This document shows, one piece after another, positions 54,575-64,000 of a stretch of DNA of 64,000 nt. A model generated the notes under the pieces. That model saw only the letters and a program-made list of their open reading frames with translations. It did no database searches and was not told the origin of the DNA. Each line of letters begins with the position of its first letter. Position 1 is the stretch's first letter. The DNA is taken from positions 42,842,001 to 42,906,000 of the forward strand of contig NC_043004.1 in assembly GCF_006345805.1 (NCBI RefSeq). Direction: 5' to 3'. The DNA comes from Octopus sinensis. Lineage: Eukaryota. The translations under genes and the position numbers were made by a program.

Positions 54575-55265
54575 CGGTATATTATACATATACACACGCA
54601 CACCCACACACACGTGTCCCTCCTGCCAAATGATACACGACACATAGAAGCACATATGTGTTAAGATGATTGAATATGTGTTACGAATCTGAGAATATCT
54701 GGTGTAATACAAGCGTTTTATTTATAGATAGTCCGTGAGTAATATCACTGTGCTAGGCTTGCGTCAGTGTATGCGACTGAACATGACTTATGATATATAT
54801 AATAACATATGTGAGAGAGATTTAAATTTCATAGATCAGTAAAATTCATATGAAAAAAAGTATAAAATTCACACAGTATAAATTAGAGGAAAATATAGAA
54901 CACTGTTTTTCCTTCCAGCGGATCAGGCGCTATAACAAAACAATCGCCTAAGACAGAGAAAACTCAACTTAATCGGCTTAAAACAAACGTCTAAAATATT
55001 ATATCTCTGTCTCGCGTACACATTACATTACTTACATACAAACATATATATGTTTGTTTTCAAATTTGTGTCTGTATGTCTGTGAGTGTATGTATGTACA
55101 TCTATATCGAAACACGCACTCACACACACAATCATGCATACACACACACACACATATATACATATGCATACACGCACACACACTCGTATATATATATATA
55201 TATATATATATGCATACATACACAACAAATATATATAATATATTTATCTATCTCTATATACATAT

Positions 55266-55305
<40 letters not shown>

Positions 55306-55358
55306 GCGTACAAACACACACACACACACGCACACACACACATACGCACACACACACA

Positions 55359-55390
<32 letters not shown>

Positions 55391-56978
55391 AATATACATA
55401 CACACATACTTGATTCAGTCATTTGACTGCGGCCATGCTACATATATGATTAATATACATGTATATTTATGTACAGAATATATACATATATGTATATTAG
55501 TCATATATAAATCTATGAATTATATATGAAATACCTATATATATATATTTTTTAATGTTTGTATATGTCGAGTTAAGTATATAAATATATTGTTATACTC
55601 AAATATACGCATATACACTTAGATATACACGCATATACATGCACATATAGCTATGTGTATGCTTATATGAAAATGTATATGTTAGTATAACTACTTGTGT
55701 TTTGTATATGTGAATATATAATGTATTACATAATGGAAAATTTTGTGTTTCTTTGTCATAAATGTCTATTCGCATCAAAGAAAAAAAGGTAAATGATATA
55801 TCAATAAAATTATACTGAAAGGGAAAAAAGGAAAACATCAACAGATTAGTTCAGTGATGTAGAAATTTTTATCTATCTATTCACTTTTATTAATGGAGCG
55901 TTAGACTAAATATGGGAGAATAATCGCCTTTTCTGAAACAAATATATTAGTAAACATTACTCACAAGGGAAGTGGAATTTGACTGAAGGTGTTCGTTACA
56001 ATCGTCAAAAACAATGCTATCATCACCTTTGTCAATTCTGTCTTAACCTTGGGTATTATTCATACTATGAATAGTATTAGTAATGTTAACGTTAACATAT
56101 CTATTATTATTAATTTATAGATAATAGTTTTATGAATAATGATGAGACGCAGTATCTCACACTTCGAGAAATGGTTTTGGAATCGATTAACTAGACAGCA
56201 GGAAAAAAGAATTTTCTTATATTTATTTAGCCAACCAAACAAAGTTTCGAACTTTCAATCTTATCAAATTTTATCCGACCTTCAGCCAGTATTGCTATAC
56301 CACTAAACACTACTAGTACTTTTCGTATACCATCATGATAAATCGAGGAACCGTGGCGAGTGGAAGGATAATAGTTCAGCATATGACACGGGACCATATT
56401 TGTGTATAATCCTTGTGATTTATATCATCAACGTCATAATGATCTTCATCTTTCTAATCATCTATATATTAAATGCCATCATTGAGTTTCTCACTGCTTG
56501 CGCTACCTTCTTCAGCCCTTTCTCCTCTTTTGTTTTACTTTTTTCCCAAGAAGTTTATCTCTTAACATAAGATATGTCATGTACACTAGTCTTGCATATC
56601 CGTGACAAGATCATAAATTCACTAAATCTAATATTGCATCAGGATAGATTATCAGTCAGTTGTCAAAAACATGTCTCACACAAAGTTCTTCCGACATGTT
56701 AAGCCTTTGTAGATTAACTTTTATGATACGAAATAATAGCTACCTCTAAATTTCGAATTCTTGAAATAAGTTCCATACACGTTCGTTTTTCTAAAATGGT
56801 AACATTAATGAAACGCCGTGCCCCTCGAAGTATATACGTACAAACACACACACACACACACAAACACACACGAACACACACACACACACACAGACACACA
56901 CATACACACACAAACACACACACATACACACAAATGCACACACTTACACGCTCATAAGTGTAGGGATATATCCATTAC

Positions 56979-57388
56979 CTTTTACTTGTTACAGTCAGTT
57001 GACTGCGGCCATGATGGGGCACTGTCCTGAAGGGTTTTAATTGGGAAAATTGACAACCAAGATTTATTTTTTAGAACTGATACTTCTTCTATCGACGTAG
57101 TTTGCCAAACCTCTACTTTTCGTGGACGTAACTACACCAACCTCGGTTGTCAAGTGGTAAATGGGGACAAACACATACACAAAGTCACACACACGCACTG
57201 ACACACAAAGACACACAAAGACACACAATACGGGCTTTTTTTTTGTTTTCCTCTACCAAATCCATTCACAAGCTCATAGTTAGCCCGAAGCTATATTAGA
57301 AGAAACTTGCCCAAGGTACATGCAGTAGGACTGAACATAGAACCATGCGATTGGGAAGCGAGCTTCCTGCCACACAGCCACACTGGCG

Positions 57389-57390
<2 letters not shown>
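56979..57390 (-). mobile_element. Diverged full-length family S1 SINE
   Basis: Both halves present; internal (CA)-rich spacer. Confidence 0.8.
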
Positions 57391-57431
<41 letters not shown>

Positions 57432-57503
57432 CGTATATATATATATATATATATACACATGCACACACACACGCGTGAATATATATATATATATATATAC
57501 ATG

Positions 57504-57561
<58 letters not shown>

Positions 57562-57629
57562 GAGTAAACACATAAATGTGAAACAAGGTGGAAAAAAGGG
57601 TACTCAAATACCAGTGGTAGAGTAATATG

Positions 57630-57745
57630 CTTTATTTTAAGCAGCAGAAAATTCAACAAAATCTGTTACTCTGAGTTTCTCGTTGCCGGCAACGAGAAAC
57701 TCAGAGTAACAGATTTTGTTGAATTTTCTGCTGCTTAAAATAAAG
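57630..57745. repeat. Perfect 116-bp spacerless palindrome
   Basis: Centre GCC|GGC at 57687/57688; arms are exact reverse complements. Confidence 0.95.
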
Positions 57746-57810
57746 TATATATATATATATATATATATATATAACACAGTAAAATTGCAAGTTACTGCAG
57801 GAGTAAACAT

Positions 57811-58343
57811 ATATATGAAAGAAGGTTTGAAAATGCAATTTTAAAGATGTTTATTCATTTGAACGGTTTCACTTTTTTAGAAAAAGATTATCAAAAGTAA
57901 AATGTAAAGCTTTCTATGGGTGTTTTTTTGTGTTAAACACTGGTTATCATAAAAGTATTAAAATATATATATACATTCTTTGATAATAAGAAAATGTTCA
58001 AAAGGGTTTACTAAAAATTATTTATGAAAGTAATGAGAACGGGACTACAAAATGCATTTAGAGTTCAATAAAAATTATGTTTGTTTGCTTTTTATTGAAC
58101 TCAAAACGATTTTGGAGTCCCGTTCTGATTACGTTCTTTAATACTTTCTTGCAAACTGTTTAACATTTTTTTTATCAAAGGATGTATATATGTATTTTAA
58201 TACTTTGTGATCACCAGCACTCATCCCAACAAACCTCATACAAAAGTTTAGATTTTAACTTTGACAATGTTTTTCTAAAAATGTGAAACCGGTCAAGTGA
58301 ATAAACCTCTTGAAAATTCTATTTTCAACCTTCTTTCATATAT
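57811..58343. repeat. Diverged long inverted repeat (about 260-bp arms, 14-nt loop)
   Basis: GAGTTCAATAAAAA / TTTTTATTGAACTC at the centre; ATATGAAAGAAGG.TTGAAAAT / ATTTTCAACCTTCTTTCATAT at the ends. Confidence 0.85.
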
Positions 58344-58378
58344 ATATATAGTTATATAAATATATATATATATATAGT

Positions 58379-58544
<166 letters not shown>

Positions 58545-59688
58545 TGTATGTATGTATGTATGTATGTGTATATTATAGAATGTTCTTACTTCTTCAATTC
58601 ATTTGGTATATATATATATAATATATATATATATAATATATATACCAAATGAATTGAAAAAGTAAGAAAATTCTGTAATACATTTTAAGGATTCGTTACA
58701 CTTGTGTCTGTATCAACTGTATTTGCAGCGCCAGTGTATGCAAAAATTCAAAGTGAAACTTTACGTAATATTTGCGATTTTTAATCATTAGAGAAGCATT
58801 TCCTTAGACTTGTATCCAGGGTGTATTGTCACATAATGCGTCTTAAGGACATTGATTTTTGGCTTATTTGGGGAGGAAACAGAGATATAAAATGAGTAAG
58901 TGGGGTGGAGATTATGTAATGCGTGTGTGATTGATGGGTGGAGGTTATAAGACCACCAGACGATGTTCACTAACGAATAAGAGAATATATATATATAAAT
59001 ATCTTATTTCTCTATATTTTCTGATATTTCACTTGGTTCTTTATATCTTTTGAACTAATTTATATATATATATATATAAAATTAGTTCAAAAGATATAAA
59101 GAACGAAGTGAAGTATCAGAAAATATAATATATAGAAATAAGAAATTTACGTTATATCTGCAGCAAGTTGCTAAAACTTAATAGGTGGAAGTGTATATAA
59201 ATCTTAGGTGAAGTCGGTATAACGGTTTAATATATTATAAGCATCTGTAAATTAAAAAAAAAATATAAAGTTAAAAATAACTAAGAAAGGAAATACATGT
59301 CATAAAATAAAAAAAACATATTATTTACAAAATTAGTTACAACCAATTGAAATATCAAACATTATAAATTATAAAATATGCAAAATATAAAAATATATAG
59401 TTGCAGAGAAGTGGAATATACTGGAAATGAATGGTAAGGAAGTAATCGTCCGTTCAGACAAAGAGAAAGATTAAAAGTGAAAGATTATAACTTATAGAAA
59501 AATTATAAAACATTAATATTATCAAATTATAGTTTGAGAAGTGGAATGGGCCAAACATGATAGGTTGGTGAAACCAAAATTCCGTTTAAATAGTTAAAGC
59601 ATGACTGTGAATAATTAGAAGATATAAGGTAATTAGAGTGTAGTAGCTCTAAGAATCGTAAACTGATACACGGACATTACTGTTTAGT

Positions 59689-60065
59689 GGATGGAAGCAC
59701 TCCGTCGGTTACGACGACGAGGGTTCCGGTTGATCCAATCAACGGAACAGCCTGCTCATGAAATTAACGTGTAAGTGGCTGAGCACTCCACAGACACGTA
59801 GTTCTCGGGGATATTCAGCGTGACACAGAGAGTGACAAGGCCGGCCCTTTGAAATACAGGTACAACAGAAACAGGACGTAAGAGTGAGAGAAAGTTGTGG
59901 TGAAAGAGTACAGCAGGGATCACCAGCATCCCTGCCGGAGCCTCGTGGAACTTTAGGTGTTTTCGCTCAATAAACACTCACAACGCCCGGTCTGGGAATT
60001 GAAACCGCGATCCCACGACCGCGTTTCCGCTGCCCTAACCAGTGGGCCATTGCCCCCACCCCCAC
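59689..60065 (-). mobile_element. Family S3 SINE with 11-bp TSD
   Basis: TACTGTTTAGT at 59678-59688 and 60066-60076; homologous to 3955-4250. Confidence 0.85.
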
Positions 60066-60169
60066 TACTGTTTAGTATCTACGCGTTAAATAAAATTTAT
60101 CTTACTACTTGTTGTACGATACATTTCAACGCTTCGAAAGTAGACTTGCTTGTTTACATATCTATTTAT

Positions 60170-60385
60170 ATTTATGCGCACTTTTCAAGCCTAGCCAGAC
60201 TCATGGGCCCGGTTTCACGGTTTCTATGGCGTATGTGTTCGCCCCAGCTGGACGGACGCCAGTCCAACGCAGCATTACTCAAGAAAAATGAAGAAAGAGT
60301 GAGAGAAAATTGGGGCGAAAGAGTAAAACAGGGGTCGCCGCCACCCCCTGCCGGATAGTCGTGGAGCTCTAGGTATTTTCGGTCA
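60170..60385 (-). mobile_element. S3-related SINE variant with a different 3' part
   Basis: Shares GAGTGAGAGAAA.TTG.GG.GAAAGAGTA..CAGGG..CCCTGCCGGA..CGTGGA.CT.TAGGT.TTTTCG with the neighbouring copy. Confidence 0.7.
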
Positions 60386-60420
60386 ACAACGTTCCCGTCA
60401 TCGGACAGTTTTAACAAAAC

Positions 60421-60458
60421 GGTCCGACGAACGGGAACGTGAAACTATCAGTAATAGC
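60421..60458 (+). ncRNA. Minimal type I hammerhead-like motif (CCGACGA core, GGAA tetraloop)
   Basis: GGT CCGACGA ACG-GGAA-CGT GAAAC TATCA GTA ATAGC. Confidence 0.55.
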
Positions 60459-60494
60459 TGTTGTTATATTTCTGCTACTTAAAATAAAGTATAT

Positions 60495-60540
<46 letters not shown>

Positions 60541-60549
60541 ATATATATA

Positions 60550-61885
60550 TTTCAACAATTGAGGGTAAAATAATTAATTAATCCAATTTCACCAAGTATT
60601 CAGTATGCAAAGGGACCATTTAAGGCGAATTCAAATTATTACATTATATAAAAGGGCTTAGTAAAATAAATTATTTGCCGCATACTGAACTCATTAGAAA
60701 TAGCAGCTAAAAAAAAACTTTTTTAAAACTATTTCTAATATAAAGAAAACCTCTCTCATATAGTGTTTGCTCAATTCAACTCACGAAAGTATGGGGGTAG
60801 AGACATTAAAAAATCAAATGCAAAGGTTATTTGAGAACGTACGTTTCAAGATTAGTCAAACTCGACACTTCTATCATTAGCTCAGAACTCCCTGGTTTGG
60901 ATTTGAAAACACTGAAAGCGGGAGCATACCCTTTCGGCTTCTTATCGCTTCTGAAGATCCGCTCGAAACTAACAGTGCCAGCAAACTCAAATATGCAAGC
61001 GAAGAATTTCTGCTCTCCCCTTTCCACCAGCGTGGGTTAAAATCAGTAAACACTATGCTTTTTTCGGTAAAATCCGAGGCATTAAATAGAGAGAGATGAA
61101 TTATAATTTCAACAATTGAGGGTAAAATTAATTAATTAATCAATTTCACCAAGTATTCAGTATGCAAAGGGACCATTTAAGGCGAATTCAATTTATTACA
61201 TTATATAAAAGGGCTTAGTAAAATAAATTACTTTGCCGCATACTGAACTCATTAGAAATAGCAGCTAAAAAAAACTTTTTTAAAACTATTTCTAATACTT
61301 AAAGAAAACCTCTCTCATATAGTGTTTGCTCAATTCAACTCACGAAAGTATGGGGGTAGAGACATTAAAAAATCAAATGCAAAGGTTATTTGAGAACGTA
61401 CGTTTCAAGATTAGTCAAACTCGACACTTCTATCATCAGCTCAGAACTCCCTGGTTTGGATTTTACCGAAAAAAGCATAGTGTTTACTGATTTTAACCCA
61501 CGCTGGTGGAAAGGGGAGAGCAAAAATTCTTCGCTTGCATATTTGAGTTTGCTGGCACTGTTAGTTTCGAGCGGATCTTCAGAAGCGATAAGAAGCCGAA
61601 AGGGTATGCTCCCGCTTTCAGTGTTTTCAAATCCAAACCAGGGAGTTCTGAGCTGGTGATAGAAGTGTCGAGTTTGACTAATCTTGAAACGTACTTTCTC
61701 AAATAACCTTTGCATTTGATTTTTTAATGTCTCTACCCCCATACTTTCGTGAGTTGAATTGAGCAAACACTATATGAGAGAGGTTTTCTTTAAGTATTAG
61801 AAATAGTTTTAAAAAAGTTTTTTTTAGCTGCTATTTCTAATGAGTTTCAGTATGCGGCAAAGTAATTTATTTTACTAAGCCCTTT

Positions 61886-61893
<8 letters not shown>
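60550..61893. repeat. Tandem plus inverted triplication of a pLTR-like unit (A 60550-61106; B 61107-61463; inverted C 61458-61893)
   Basis: B repeats the first about 355 bp of A; C is the reverse complement of A 60643-61075; B and C overlap by GGATTT. Confidence 0.95.
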
Positions 61894-61916
<23 letters not shown>

Positions 61917-61920
61917 ATAT

Positions 61921-62052
<132 letters not shown>

Positions 62053-62058
62053 ATATAC

Positions 62059-62224
62059 AGGCGCAGGAGTGGCTGTGTGGTAAGTAGCTTGCTAACCGAC
62101 CACATGGTTCCGGGTACAGTCCCACTGCGTGGTTATCTTGGGCAAGTGTCTTCTGCTATAGCCCCGGGCCGACCAATGCCTTGTGAGTGGATTTGGTAGA
62201 CGGAAACTGAAAGAAATCTGTCGT

Positions 62225-62257
<33 letters not shown>

Positions 62258-62262
62258 TAGAT

Positions 62263-62295
<33 letters not shown>

Positions 62296-62312
62296 ACATA
62301 TATATACGACAG

Positions 62313-62353
<41 letters not shown>

Positions 62354-62598
62354 TATATATATATAATATATATATATATATATGTATGTGCATGTGTTTG
62401 TGTGTCCCCCTAGCATTGCTTGACAACCGATGCTGGTGTGTTTACATCCCCGTCACTTAGCGGTTCGGCAAAAGAGACCGATAGAATAAGTACTGGGCTT
62501 ACAAAGAATAAGTCCCGGGGTCGATTTGCTCGACTAAGCAGGCGGTGCTCCAGCATGGTCGCAGTCAAATGACTGGAACAAATAAAAAAAAGAAGAGT
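62059..62598 (+). mobile_element. Full-length family S1 SINE with long internal (TA)n
   Basis: AGGCGCAGGAGTGGCTGTGTGGTAAGTAGCTTGC..CTTGGGCAAGTGTC..(TA)n..CAGTCAAATGACTGGAACAAA. Confidence 0.9.
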
Positions 62599-64000
62599 AT
62601 ATATATATATATAAATATGTATGTATGTATGTATGTTTGTATGTGTGTGTGCGTGTGCTATCTTTACATCTATTACTACTCAGTATTTTCTTTATAGCAT
62701 AATTAACCTTACAGCTGCAGTATTCGACATGAAATATAATTTCACACAGACGCTCTCTAGTAACAAGATCAAAATATTAGCAGCATAGGGGGAAATGCCC
62801 TGCAATGGCGTAGAATGTTTGTTTTCGGAGATTTCATTGTCTTTGCGCTCTATTAGTGACTGGTACTCATTGTCGCTGTATGCTACCGAAATATTATCCG
62901 CGCTAATATATAGGAAACCCATTGGCGTCGTAAATATTTACCGGGATGGATAAAAATTAGTAGCGTCGAAATTTGTATTACTAAAGCGGAATCTTTATAT
63001 CTTACTTAGCCTGGATATCATTAAAATCACCGAAAATCTGAGATTTTCCTCTTGAAGCAGGCTTCGCCTACATAGTTATGGTATAATCTTTAACAGTACA
63101 GACTATAAGCTGTGAACACAAAATACTCCACACCAGTTGTGGAACTCCCTGACTAAATGGTTACTACGTGCCTTCACTTCATCAGAAGTAGATATTCACT
63201 ATAATTTACGCTAGTCAAATTTATTCGTACTGATATATAGAAAAACAGTGATTAGTCAAACACGCTGAAACCCCGTGATCTATCACGCCCAGGCCCTCTG
63301 GTTTTTTAACACTATATGTATATATGAAATGCTTTCTCAGGATGAATACCGCAGTTTTGGGAGGTTCTTAAATTATATTAAAGTATGAAGTTTGCATTAC
63401 AGTATTAATTACTGTTTGGTTGTTAATAATGTGTTCTTGTACCTTTGTTTGAATACATATATTCCTACATCCATTAGACATGCATACCTACATAGATACA
63501 TACATATAAATAACGTACATAAATAGATACATACTTGCGTACATACGTATACATAACCTCTATTTTAAAAGTGATGTATAGAACAGTTTCAATACATGAA
63601 AAGGAAGAGACTGGAATCCTATTAGACATTCTGTCATAGAATCTTGTGAATCGTATACATCACATGGAATCATGAATTTAGATATATCTTATACATGATG
63701 AAATGAGATGTATCAAACACTGGTACGGTCAACGAAGTGATTAAATCTATATCTTCTCTTGTTTATATGTGCGCTGTTCAATTTGATATTTGTATATTTT
63801 TTTTTTCATTTCTTTTCTGTCTTTGATATTGAAAATTAAAGTGTAGAATATAATCTTGGTTTAACAACTATATCAAAGTATGTAATATCGACGAAGAGAA
63901 ATAAACAAACATCAAAGATGTAAGTTTGTAAAACATCAGCACAAATTCATTTACAAATCGATTTTCTTTTTATATTTTTGTATATTTTATGTATATTTTC

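Noticed and set aside
61386-61766. 126-aa ORF and related 66-89 aa ORFs at 60.8-61.7 kb
   Set aside because: They lie within the duplicated/inverted pLTR-like unit, copy A has a stop in the equivalent frame, the longest one crosses the rearrangement junction, and no domain is recognisable.
62692-62922. 76-aa ORF (and similar 6673-7086, 137 aa)
   Set aside because: No motifs or clear splice context; consistent with chance ORFs or unrecognised decayed repeats.

Overview
AT-rich, microsatellite-saturated eukaryotic (animal) DNA. The SINE families and repeat landscape look like an octopus/coleoid cephalopod genome; this is inferred from recalled repeat consensus sequences, not from a database search. 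I found no confidently identifiable host protein-coding gene, and nearly all ORF-track entries are translations of (TA)n/(CA)n/(TG)n/triplet repeats. The recognisable content is decayed mobile DNA: Tc1/mariner relics (Tc1, DD34D mariner, maT-like, rosa-like), non-LTR relics (CR1/L2, RTE, R4/Dong-type RLE), a Penelope-like GIY-YIG remnant, three tRNA-type SINE families and a Helitron-like end. Four observations stand out. (i) Several unrelated short elements embedded in (TA)n carry hammerhead-ribozyme-like motifs, including non-canonical cores (CCGANGA; TTGA(C/T)AA with a compensatory U3:A8 pair). (ii) Fold-back inverted duplications are unusually dense, several centred on (TA)n, and include a perfect 116-bp palindrome. 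(iii) A tandem-plus-inverted duplication has a 6-bp microhomology junction. (iv) A phase-consistent but unrecognised chain of minus-strand exon candidates spans 37.1-52.7 kb.
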